This document shows positions 1 through 8,067 of a stretch of 64,000 nucleotides of DNA, piece after piece. A model generated the notes under the pieces. It saw only the letters and a program-made list of their open reading frames with translations. It made no database searches and had not been told where the DNA came from. The stretch is from the NCBI GenBank assembly GCA_037129895.1, contig JBAXUB010000005.1:597-64596 (forward strand). Direction: 5' to 3'. The translations under genes were made by a program, and so were the position numbers. This stretch comes from Candidatus Tayloriibacteriota bacterium (GTDB lineage: Bacteria; Patescibacteriota; Minisyncoccia; Phycocordibacterales; PALSA-1337). The number at the start of each line of letters is the position of its first letter. The stretch's first letter is position 1.

Positions 1-15
1 TACGGATCAATAACG

Positions 16-3000
16 ATGACTTCATCTGGTTTTGCTGTATTTGTAAGTGGATCCGCAAGTTTAACTATCAATAATGGTACCAATACGGCTATTGATCAGA
101 ACACCTCCAGTGGACAGGCTGTACGATGGGGTTCAACGGGGACCCTGTCTATTACTGGTAACATTGTAGGCGCCAGTGGAACGGGATATGCTATTCGTTT
201 TACAACAGCACCTGCATCAGCAACTATAAATGGAAACATAACTTATGGAGGGACATCGTCAAACTTCATTGATCTTTCTGGAAGTACCCTCACTATCAAC
301 GGCTCAGTTACTAATTCTTCATCAGGGAGTACGCTGGCTCCTGGTTTAGGTACTATTATTATAAACGGTTCAGTCACCAATTCTTCTACAGGTAAAGGTG
401 TATATGTGACTGGCTCTGCAAATCTCACAATCGCTAATGGTACTGACACAGCCATAGATGTAAATTCTTCAAGCGGAGTAACTAGTGCAGGTGTGTATTG
501 GTCATCAACGGGAACATTATCTATTACCGGCAATATTATTGGTGCTTCCGGAACTGGCGTTGCTATAAATATTTTGACAGCACCGACACTGGCTTCGGTA
601 ACTGGCAACGTTATATATGGAAGCACAGGGCAGGGTCTGATTAGGGCAGGTGCAGGTGGCTTAACTATCAACGGCTCAATCACTAATACATCTTCAGGTC
701 GCGCAATCAGTGTCAGTGGTTCGGCTAACCTAACTGTCTCTAACGGTACCAACACAGCCATCGATGAGAATACGTCAAGTGGATATGGTATATACTGGGA
801 TTCAACAGGAACTTTATCCATTACAGGAAACATAGTTGGAGCAAGTGGTACAGGAACTGCTCTTTATATCCGCACGGCACCAACGTCAGCAAGTTTAACT
901 GGTAGTGTTAACTATGGAAGTACAAATACAAGTGGCTTGGTTCAAATTAACACCGGCTCTTTAGTGGTTAGCGGTGATATTTCAAAAACATCATCGGGAT
1001 ATGCTATTGGTATGCAGACTTCAGGTAATCTGATTATTTCCAGTGGTACTATAACGGGGACCTCAGTTTTTCTTTCAGGGATTGGTTCACTGACTATAAA
1101 CGGTGGTGCGGTCACGCTAGGAAATGCAAACACCTATACGGGAGGAACCATATTGAATGCGGGTAGCCTTACAATCGGCAAAAGCAGCACTGGTGCAGCA
1201 GGAAATGTTACTAATGGACCGGTAGGTACGAGTACGCTGACGCTGAACGGAGGAACTTTAAACTCGAGCGGCAACTATACGGTGAACAATGGAATCCTAA
1301 TAGCAGGTTCTACTAATGTTGGAGGGATAAACTCACTGACTCTTGGGGGAGCAATATCTGTAGGTGATAATATTTTGAATGTAACTAATACCGCTGGAAC
1401 AATAACCCTGAATGGTCCAATCAGTGGAACTGGAGGAATTACACTCTCTGGTACTGGCACATTGACACTTGGAGTAGATTATACTGCTGGCCCGATTTTA
1501 ATAACTGATACCACTGCGATTGCTAAAACATTTGCCGGAGGCGGACATTCATTCGGCAACCTTACCGTTTCTGGAGATAATGTTATTATTACCGGCAATA
1601 ATACTATTAGCACGTTGGCGGTCAATACCGCGGGACTTACTAATGGACTTAAGCTGGCAAGCGGTTCTACACAAACTATTTCGAATCTTACGACCAATGG
1701 ATCTGCAGGAAATCTTGCTAAACTAGTTGCCTCCACAACAGGTAGTACAGCAACTCTTTCTAAATCAAGTGGTTTAATTTCTGTTGATTATATGTCAATT
1801 AAAGACTCTACCGCTAACGGAGGGGCCTCGTGGAATGCAGGTGTTAATAGTGTAAATGTTTCAGGTAATTCAGGATGGTTATTTTCATTACCCCCTTCAA
1901 ATTTGACAGTATCGACTGACCTTCCAAGTTTGGTTTCAACGTCAACAATGATATTAAATGGTTCTATTACAGTCGACGGTACTGCTTCATCGACCCTACG
2001 AGGATTCGCTTGGGGTACATCATCTAATCTTACGACTGGTACAGCCACTACAACAGAGAGCGGCACTTTCGGCGTTTCTTCATTTTCCACTTCAACTATT
2101 GTATTTATCCCAAATACGACTTACTATTTTCGCGCATACGCGGGAAGTTCACAGGGAACAACAACTGGTTCAATTCTTTCCACAACAACGCTTCCTTGGA
2201 ACGTGCCTGATGCGCCTACTATTGGCACAGTTGCGACATCTTCTCCAAATAAGGCTACGATTCCTTTTACTCCTGCAGGAAATGGCGGTTCCCCTGTTCT
2301 CTATTATTTAGCATCTTCAACCCCAGGGAATATTATGGCGACGAGTACCGTCTCACCTATTACCGTCAGTGGACTCACAAATGGTACCTCGTACACTTTT
2401 AAAGTTTATGCAGTGAATGCTGTAGGTACTAGTACTCCTAGCTCTGTTTCAAATGCTGTTATACCAAATGCTTCTTACGCTCGAAGTACATGGCGGACTG
2501 AAGAAGGTGCGACAGTAGGACCTCAGGTTGTGACAAACGGCTCATTTGCAGATAGTACGGGTTGGATTATACCCACAGGCGGTTCAATCAGTGGTGGGAA
2601 AGCAACATGGACACAAAGTGGATCTTTCCGACAAAATGTAACACTTGACACTGATTCTTATTATGAATTTATCTATACTGTCTCTGACTATACTTATGGA
2701 GCTATTCATGTTCAAGGGTGGAACGAAAGATCTGCTGATAGATATGGTCCAGGAACATTTAGAGATATTATATATTTTCCGACCGGATCATCCATGTTTC
2801 TTATCAATGGGTCAGATACATTTTCAGGGTCTGTTTCTTACATTTCTGTTCGTAAGATAACACCAGGAATTGCCAACTGGAATCCTAGAGTTGTGGCAAT
2901 TACAGGTGACTCAATTGCACAACATCAGGCAGTAATGAATCCCGATACATATCCTGGCAATACTACTTATGGATTTTCTCTCGCACAGGACGGAATTACT

Positions 3001-5592
3001 CCCGTTGACTGCGCCTTGGGAAATACAACCTTTGCTTGGGCTCTGTCGACCGGAATTCCATGCGCGATAGCTACCGGTGCCAGGACTATCATTATTCACG
3101 ATGGTATTAATGACATAGTGCAAGGCAGAACTTGGGACCAGGCACTTTCTGATCTAAACGCAATCCGTGCATTAGTTACGACACAAGATTTATTTGTAGA
3201 TGAAATTCTACCCAGAACGACTGGTAATGATGCGCAGGCAGCCACTATTCGAACATGGAACGCAAATCTGGATGCCTGGTCTGCAGCCAATAACGCACAT
3301 TTTATCCGTAGCCACGATATTATGGGCAAAATCAGAGCATCGACTGGACTACTGGACGACCTTGGTTTCGACACTGCGGATGGTGTGCATCCGGCTACTG
3401 GTGGTAGCTATGTCCTATGGCATTTGTGGTTCGATGCTCTGGAAGCTGTTTATGGATATCCTATCAAAACAACGTGGACAGTCACTGCTAGTACTGGAAC
3501 AGGCGGATCGATCAGTCCTGCTGGAGTTACGAATATTGGAGAGGGAACGGATCAAACGTTTATAGTGACTCCAAGTGACTCATATACAGCAGAAGATATT
3601 CTAGTTGATGGAGTAAGTGTAGGTACGACTTCATTATCGTATACATTTACAAATGTTATAGCGGATCATACGATTGATGTTAGCTTTCAATCTCAAAATA
3701 GTATTCCGGCATCCCCTGTATCAATCTCCGCAGCCACTTCCACCTCCGGTCAAGCCACTGTCTCTTTCACTCCAAGCTCCAATGGCGGTTCTGCCATCCT
3801 TTACTATTTAGCTTCCTCAACTCCAGGAAACTTCACTGCCACATCGACAGGATCTCCCATCGTTGTCGCTGGTCTTACTAACGGTACCTCATATACCTTT
3901 GCTGTGTATGCTGTGAATGCTTTAGGAACCAGCACATCTTCAAGTGATTCAAATGCAGTGGTACCGATCGGTCTTCCTACTGCCCCAACAGACGTAACAG
4001 CTACAGCAGGCAACACTCAAGTAGTTATCAATTTCAGTGCCCCAGGTTCAAATGGCGGCAGTGCCATTACCGGATATACCGTGACATCGAGTCCTTCTGG
4101 AGGCATTGATACAAATGCTGGCGGAACTGCGCTTACGCATACCGTCACAAGTCTTACTAACGGTATCTCGTACACCTTTACTGTAACTGCAACAAACGTG
4201 GTTGGTACAGGAAGTGCTTCAAGTCCTTCATCTTCAGTCACTCCTTCAACTGTTGCTGCCGTTTCAACAAACGTGGTTACTAGTATAGCTTCTACTAGCG
4301 CCACCGTGAGTGGTTCGATCACTTCAACGGGTGGGTCTGACGCAAGCCAGCATGGCTTTGCATACGGCACTGTTGCTAACCTCTCAACCGTGACTGCAAC
4401 TACCACTCTAGGGTCTCAAACTGGTACAGGCACGTTCACAAGCTTTGTGACTGGTCTAACAGCCAATACCACATACTATGTCCGTGCCTATGCTGTAAAT
4501 GCCTCAGGTACAACAACTGGTTCAATCATTTCCTTCCTAACTCTTCCTGCTATTCCGACTGTGACCACACAAGCTCCGACAGCTGGCTCAGGCATATACT
4601 TCACTGCTAACGGCAATATCACTGCAACTGCCGTGAACGCTACTGTTCGAGGTTTCGTCTACGGCACTACGAATACATACGGAGCGACAACTACGGAGAA
4701 TGGTTCATTCACTACAGGCGCATATACTGCCACGATTTCTGGTCTTGCTTGTAACACGCTATATCATGTCAAGTCCTATGCATTAAATACCGGAGGTACT
4801 GGCTATGGTTCTGATCAGACTATTACAACTGATGTTTGTACCAAACCAACAGTTGCCACTTCTACTCCTACAGGAATCACTACAACTGGAGCTACCTTGA
4901 ATGGTTCTATCACAGCCGACAACAATGCTTCATCTACAGTTGAAGGTTTCAATTGGGGTAATGATACGAATTATGGCCAGACGGCTTCGACAAATGGTAC
5001 ATTCGGCACTGGCTCATTCTCACAGACATTAAGCGGTCTAACATGCAACGCCACATATCACTACCAAGTTTTTGCTACAAATTATGCGGGCCAAGGCACT
5101 TCGGGTGACGAGATATTCAGCACATCAGCATGTTCTGTAACTCCTACACCTGCGGTACAAAGTTCTAGTTCAGGTGGAGGAGGAAGTGCTTCAAGCCGAG
5201 TCAACAATCTGATAGCAATGGGTAATTACACACTAGCGCAACAGATAGCTAAACAATTTGGAATCATAATCCTGACCCAGTCTTTGCTAAAAGAAAATTT
5301 GCCAGTTTCGAAATCGTCGCAAACATTTACAAAAACTTTGAAACTTGGAATGACTAATAGTGATGTAAAAAGATTACAAATATTCTTAAATACGCAAGGC
5401 TTCATTGTTGCAAAGCAAGGTGCCGGTTCTCTCGGACATGAGACAATGTATTTCGGACAGGCTACGAAAGCTGCTCTGAAGAAGTTTCAGTTAGCCTACA
5501 GGAAGGAAATACTTGATCCGCAGGGATTGAAGAGTCCGACGGGGCTGTTTGCATCAGGCTCTATGAAAGTTGCAAATGGACTATTAAAATAA
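16..5592 (+). CDS. Giant (1858 aa) surface protein with repeated beta-strand adhesin-like repeats, fibronectin-III-like repeats, an embedded SGNH/GDSL-hydrolase-like segment and a C-terminal peptidoglycan-binding domain. The 5' end may be incomplete.
   Basis: The ORF is uninterrupted and carries ANTYTGGT-type beta-strand repeats. Repeated YAVNA.GTS FN3-like units follow. An ITGDSIA ... DGVHP segment near 2880-3480 resembles an SGNH esterase. The C-terminus has a PG_binding_1-like stretch (TNSDVKRLQIFLNTQGF...ATKAALKKFQ). An in-frame stop sits 3 nt upstream of the ATG at 16, and there is no signal peptide at this start. Confidence 0.7.
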   Translation: MTSSGFAVFVSGSASLTINNGTNTAIDQNTSSGQAVRWGSTGTLSITGNIVGASGTGYAIRFTTAPASATINGNITYGGTSSNFIDLSGSTLTINGSVTNSSSGSTLAPGLGTIIINGSVTNSSTGKGVYVTGSANLTIANGTDTAIDVNSSSGVTSAGVYWSSTGTLSITGNIIGASGTGVAINILTAPTLASVTGNVIYGSTGQGLIRAGAGGLTINGSITNTSSGRAISVSGSANLTVSNGTNTAIDENTSSGYGIYWDSTGTLSITGNIVGASGTGTALYIRTAPTSASLTGSVNYGSTNTSGLVQINTGSLVVSGDISKTSSGYAIGMQTSGNLIISSGTITGTSVFLSGIGSLTINGGAVTLGNANTYTGGTILNAGSLTIGKSSTGAAGNVTNGPVGTSTLTLNGGTLNSSGNYTVNNGILIAGSTNVGGINSLTLGGAISVGDNILNVTNTAGTITLNGPISGTGGITLSGTGTLTLGVDYTAGPILITDTTAIAKTFAGGGHSFGNLTVSGDNVIITGNNTISTLAVNTAGLTNGLKLASGSTQTISNLTTNGSAGNLAKLVASTTGSTATLSKSSGLISVDYMSIKDSTANGGASWNAGVNSVNVSGNSGWLFSLPPSNLTVSTDLPSLVSTSTMILNGSITVDGTASSTLRGFAWGTSSNLTTGTATTTESGTFGVSSFSTSTIVFIPNTTYYFRAYAGSSQGTTTGSILSTTTLPWNVPDAPTIGTVATSSPNKATIPFTPAGNGGSPVLYYLASSTPGNIMATSTVSPITVSGLTNGTSYTFKVYAVNAVGTSTPSSVSNAVIPNASYARSTWRTEEGATVGPQVVTNGSFADSTGWIIPTGGSISGGKATWTQSGSFRQNVTLDTDSYYEFIYTVSDYTYGAIHVQGWNERSADRYGPGTFRDIIYFPTGSSMFLINGSDTFSGSVSYISVRKITPGIANWNPRVVAITGDSIAQHQAVMNPDTYPGNTTYGFSLAQDGITPVDCALGNTTFAWALSTGIPCAIATGARTIIIHDGINDIVQGRTWDQALSDLNAIRALVTTQDLFVDEILPRTTGNDAQAATIRTWNANLDAWSAANNAHFIRSHDIMGKIRASTGLLDDLGFDTADGVHPATGGSYVLWHLWFDALEAVYGYPIKTTWTVTASTGTGGSISPAGVTNIGEGTDQTFIVTPSDSYTAEDILVDGVSVGTTSLSYTFTNVIADHTIDVSFQSQNSIPASPVSISAATSTSGQATVSFTPSSNGGSAILYYLASSTPGNFTATSTGSPIVVAGLTNGTSYTFAVYAVNALGTSTSSSDSNAVVPIGLPTAPTDVTATAGNTQVVINFSAPGSNGGSAITGYTVTSSPSGGIDTNAGGTALTHTVTSLTNGISYTFTVTATNVVGTGSASSPSSSVTPSTVAAVSTNVVTSIASTSATVSGSITSTGGSDASQHGFAYGTVANLSTVTATTTLGSQTGTGTFTSFVTGLTANTTYYVRAYAVNASGTTTGSIISFLTLPAIPTVTTQAPTAGSGIYFTANGNITATAVNATVRGFVYGTTNTYGATTTENGSFTTGAYTATISGLACNTLYHVKSYALNTGGTGYGSDQTITTDVCTKPTVATSTPTGITTTGATLNGSITADNNASSTVEGFNWGNDTNYGQTASTNGTFGTGSFSQTLSGLTCNATYHYQVFATNYAGQGTSGDEIFSTSACSVTPTPAVQSSSSGGGGSASSRVNNLIAMGNYTLAQQIAKQFGIIILTQSLLKENLPVSKSSQTFTKTLKLGMTNSDVKRLQIFLNTQGFIVAKQGAGSLGHETMYFGQATKAALKKFQLAYRKEILDPQGLKSPTGLFASGSMKVANGLLK

Positions 5593-5597
5593 CAGCT

Positions 5598-6167
5598 ATG
5601 AACGATGACCAATCTCAAGATACACCAGTAACAGCTGAAATAGCCCAGACTCCAGAAATACCCACTTCTAACCAACCGACAGCATCGGAACCTGCCGATA
5701 TGCCCCCAGAGGCCCCAGAATTGCCCACAAACGCTTCAACAAACGTTCCTGTAGAAAGTCAAAATGGAGCAGTAAATACGTCAGAAAGCGAGGTGCCAGA
5801 ATCATCAAATGAGGCTCCAATTCCAGAACCTGTCCAGCCAGTTCCAACGGAATCTGCGCCGTCCGCGCCGGCGCCAGTGACACCGCCAGTACCACAACGC
5901 CAATCGCCGGCGCAACAAGATCAAACCGGATTCATCCGCGCACTGTTAGCGAAAGCTCAAGCTAAAATCCAGTCAAACAAACAGAAGAAGTTCGACAAGA
6001 TCATTTTATTCGCACAGAAAAAGAAAATCGTAGCCAATGAAGACATTCAACTTCTTTTGCATGTCTCAAGTGCTACTGCGACGAGATATTTGGTCAAATT
6101 AGTTCAGCAAGATCATCTATATCGCGTAGGGAATCCACGCGATGCTAAATATCAATTCCTACGTTAA
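5598..6167 (+). CDS. Small protein with an acidic Pro-rich N-terminus and a C-terminal winged-helix-like domain. It is a paralog of 57444..57971.
   Basis: It starts 5 nt after the giant gene stop. The C-terminal ~70 aa (ATATRYLVKLV...PRDAKYQ) is conserved with the protein at 57444..57971. Confidence 0.6.
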   Translation: MNDDQSQDTPVTAEIAQTPEIPTSNQPTASEPADMPPEAPELPTNASTNVPVESQNGAVNTSESEVPESSNEAPIPEPVQPVPTESAPSAPAPVTPPVPQRQSPAQQDQTGFIRALLAKAQAKIQSNKQKKFDKIILFAQKKKIVANEDIQLLLHVSSATATRYLVKLVQQDHLYRVGNPRDAKYQFLR

Positions 6168-6174
6168 AAATGTC

Positions 6175-6203
6175 TGTGGCTCATATCCACCAATTGAGCC
6201 ACA
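6175..6203. repeat. Small palindromic hairpin element (TGTGGCTCA-N11-TGAGCCACA), copy 1 of 3
   Basis: It has a perfect 9-bp stem. Related copies lie at 6430..6458 and 57980..58008. Confidence 0.6.
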
Positions 6204-6233
6204 TGTGTTTCTGATTTATCACTACGCTCCGCC

Positions 6234-6406
6234 GAGAAGCGGCCGACTTCCGCTTCTCTCACTAACAGTTGTTCGCATCCAGAGGATGTCTGTATGGCGG
6301 AGCACTCCACGGTTGCGATTAGCAACGGTGGAAAGTGCGAGAGCCATTCGGACATCCGATGGGTGCGCCATGAACTCAATCAGAAGCGGAAGTGGGCCGC
6401 TTCGAA
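6234..6406. repeat. ~175-bp intergenic repeat (family C) with hairpins at both ends, copy 1 of 3
   Basis: It begins with GAGAAGCGGxCGAC..CGCTTCTCTCAC and ends with GAAGCGGAAGTGGGCCGCTTCGA. Copy 51521..51695 is homologous along the whole length, and copy 58018..58162 shares the termini. Confidence 0.6.
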
Positions 6407-6429
6407 CCGCGCGATTGTGATAGAATGGT

Positions 6430-6458
6430 TGTGGCTCAAATGGTGGAATTGAGCCACA
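6430..6458. repeat. Palindromic hairpin element, copy 2 (identical to 57980..58008)
   Basis: TTGTGGCTCAAATGGTGGAATTGAGCCACA occurs at both places. Confidence 0.6.
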
Positions 6459-6509
6459 TCGAACCCGCCCCCAAAAACCACATTCCACCGCACGACCAAA
6501 ACAAATAGT

Positions 6510-6559
6510 GAGGGCGGACGGAGTCCTTCCCCCACACCCCCAGTCCTCCGTCCGCCCTC
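6510..6559. repeat. GC-rich hairpin with a 14-bp perfect stem (GAGGGCGGACGGAG / CTCCGTCCGCCCTC) and a C-rich loop (CCCCCACACCCCC)
   Basis: The inverted repeat was read directly. The loop motif recurs in reverse complement in the repeat B hairpin at 52004..52048. Confidence 0.5.
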
Positions 6560-6754
6560 TCCACCTTTTTGTGATTTCAAAGAAAACAGCGTCGCGCAGC
6601 GACTCCGTATTTCATTCACAGAGAAGTCACGCATCAGGATTTTCAGCGAAATAAGTTCGAACTTCAAGTAAAAACTGCCGCAAAAAAAATGAGCGAGCTT
6701 GCGAGCGAATGTTTTTTGCGTGAGAGAGCGACGCGACTGCTCGCGTCGCGTGAA

Positions 6755-6855
6755 GGGATTCGAAGAGGTTCTCCCATATTTTCGAGACCCCGAAGCTTTA
6801 GCGGAGGGGTAGAGAAAATGGGAAACCTGTACTGAAGCTGTAAGCTTCGAATCCC
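6755..6855. repeat. ~100-nt imperfect long inverted repeat (GGGATTCGAAG ... CTTCGAATCCC) with nested inner stems. It may be a structured RNA or a DNA element.
   Basis: The outer arms are 11 bp and perfect. The inner arms (ggttctcccatattttc / gagaaaatgggaaacc) are complementary but imperfect. Confidence 0.4.
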
Positions 6856-6871
6856 TTCCTCTCCGCAAAAG

Positions 6872-6886
6872 TTGCCAAATTGGCAA
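6872..6886. promoter_or_regulatory. Perfect 15-bp palindrome TTGCCAAATTGGCAA upstream of the wHTH gene, a candidate operator (copy 1)
   Basis: An identical palindrome sits at 11792..11806 in the duplicated cassette. It is followed by a second palindrome ATACCGCAGAA.(A/C)TGC(A/G)GTAT. Confidence 0.4.
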
Positions 6887-6960
6887 GATTCAACCTTTAG
6901 AAAATACCGCAGAACCGTGCAGTATTTCGTTTTCCACTCACATAGTGATTCCTGCTCAAG

Positions 6961-7278
6961 ATGCTGAAAGTTGTCGTGTGTGGCAAACCAAGTAAACAGA
7001 TGTCCACACCTTTCGTACCACAGGTGGTACGTTATACTACGTACCTTTCTATGCCCCAATTATTGCAACCCCTTGAACCAAATGATACAGAGAAGGCCGT
7101 CATCCACAAAGTGTGTATGGGGCTGATAAAGTACTTTAGCACTCCCGAAGGAGTAGAGGTGGGGAATAGTCAAGGTGAGCTCAGGTGTGGCGAAAGAGGG
7201 TATGGTGTTATGAGGATTCATAAAAAACAGCACAGAGGGTTTTCCTCTGCGCCGATGTGCTGCCAACGTCGAATTTAA
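6961..7278 (+). CDS. Divergent copy of a small LexA-N-terminal-like wHTH protein. It may be degenerate.
   Basis: Its C-terminal third is homologous to 11866..12186, but the N-terminal part is unrelated at DNA level. Its 3' end overlaps the hairpin terminator of the convergent small gene. Confidence 0.3.
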   Translation: MLKVVVCGKPSKQMSTPFVPQVVRYTTYLSMPQLLQPLEPNDTEKAVIHKVCMGLIKYFSTPEGVEVGNSQGELRCGERGYGVMRIHKKQHRGFSSAPMCCQRRI

Positions 7279-7288
7279 TCGCAAACAC

Positions 7289-7450
7289 TCATGTGATTAG
7301 TAGTTGAACTGCTGCTTTGACAAGTAACAGTGCTACGGCCGCCGTCATAAGACCAATGATGATGCCAACTTTCTGTCCTCGGTCAAATGCATGTTGGCGA
7401 TTGAGTAATTCCTGGCTATCGCCAGCGGTTTGAATGCAGTTATCTTCCAT
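7289..7450 (-). CDS. Small 53-aa protein with a C-terminal transmembrane helix (MEDNCIQTAGDSQELLNRQHAFDRGQKVGIIIGLMTAAVALLLVKAAVQLLIT). It is a paralog of 12440..12613.
   Basis: Translated by hand. It falls below the 60-aa ORF-track cutoff. The two copies differ mostly by conservative substitutions. A hairpin plus T-run terminator follows on the minus strand at ~7225-7250. Confidence 0.5.
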   Translation of the reverse strand: MEDNCIQTAGDSQELLNRQHAFDRGQKVGIIIGLMTAAVALLLVKAAVQLLIT

Positions 7451-7581
7451 AAGTACTCCAAGTTGTTAATGTTGCTGTGGATTCTGTCCTCTAACTATAT
7501 ATTACGCGCTTTATACGTTAACGCAAGAACACAACAGGCTGTTGTAATCTTTGTGAGTTTGTGCGATACTTGACAAATCAC

Positions 7582-7653
7582 CGCGGGGTAGGGTAATGGT
7601 AACCCACGAGGCTCATAACCTCGGATATGTCGGTTCGACTCCGGCCCCCGCAA
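7582..7653 (+). tRNA. Initiator tRNA-fMet (anticodon CAT)
   Basis: It was folded by eye into a cloverleaf with a TTCGACT T-loop and a CTCATAA anticodon loop. It has a C1:A72 mismatch, and its termini (CGCGGGG...CCGGCCCCCGCAAC) closely match E. coli initiator tRNA. CCA is not encoded. Confidence 0.8.
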
Positions 7654-7715
7654 CAAGTATTGACTTTTCTAATAAATCATGTAACTGTATAGCCAGAAAA
7701 TCTTTGACAATCTAT

Positions 7716-8063
7716 ATGGATAAAAACATGAACACAACAAGGCAATTCCAACGCACAATCGAAGATTTCGTGTGCGAAAACTGCGATCTGCAGGTAAAAG
7801 GCAACGGTTACACTAACCACTGCCCTCGATGTTTATGGAGTAAACACGTTGACATCAATCCTGGCGACCGCATGGCAAAGTGTGGCGGAATGATGGAACC
7901 TATTGCCATCGAATCAAAAGATGGCGGGTATATCATCGTTCATCGGTGTGTAAAATGCGGATACGAGAAAAGGAATAAAAAGTCGGAGGAAGATAACTTC
8001 GAAGCTATTCTTAAACTCTCTAGCCGTCCTCTGCAATCAACAATTAACAAGAAAGGAAAATAG
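7716..8063 (+). CDS. RNHCP-domain zinc-ribbon protein (~115 aa)
   Basis: It contains a YTNHCPRC motif plus several CxxC pairs. The ORF-track start at 7596 would overlap the tRNA, so the start was moved to the internal ATG at 7716. Confidence 0.55.
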   Translation: MDKNMNTTRQFQRTIEDFVCENCDLQVKGNGYTNHCPRCLWSKHVDINPGDRMAKCGGMMEPIAIESKDGGYIIVHRCVKCGYEKRNKKSEEDNFEAILKLSSRPLQSTINKKGK

Positions 8064-8067
8064 CCTC

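Noticed and set aside
243-4406. Multiple antisense or alternative-frame ORFs (243..833, 942..1133, 1275..1460, 1479..1736, 1788..2090, 1958..2311, 4017..4406 and others) inside the first giant gene
   Set aside because: They lie entirely within a long, well-supported CDS on the other strand or frame. Their proteins are low-complexity and are read out of the repetitive S/T/G-rich coding sequence.
6142-7059. ORFs 6142..6420, 6164..6379, 6222..6488, 6380..6886 and 6664..7059
   Set aside because: They fall in the GC-rich repeat and hairpin island, where they are open by composition. Related sequence recurs at 51520 and 58018 without frame conservation.
7596-7715. ORF-track start at 7596 for the RNHCP protein
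   Set aside because: That start would overlap the well-formed initiator tRNA at 7582..7653. The internal ATG at 7716 gives a protein beginning just after the tRNA.
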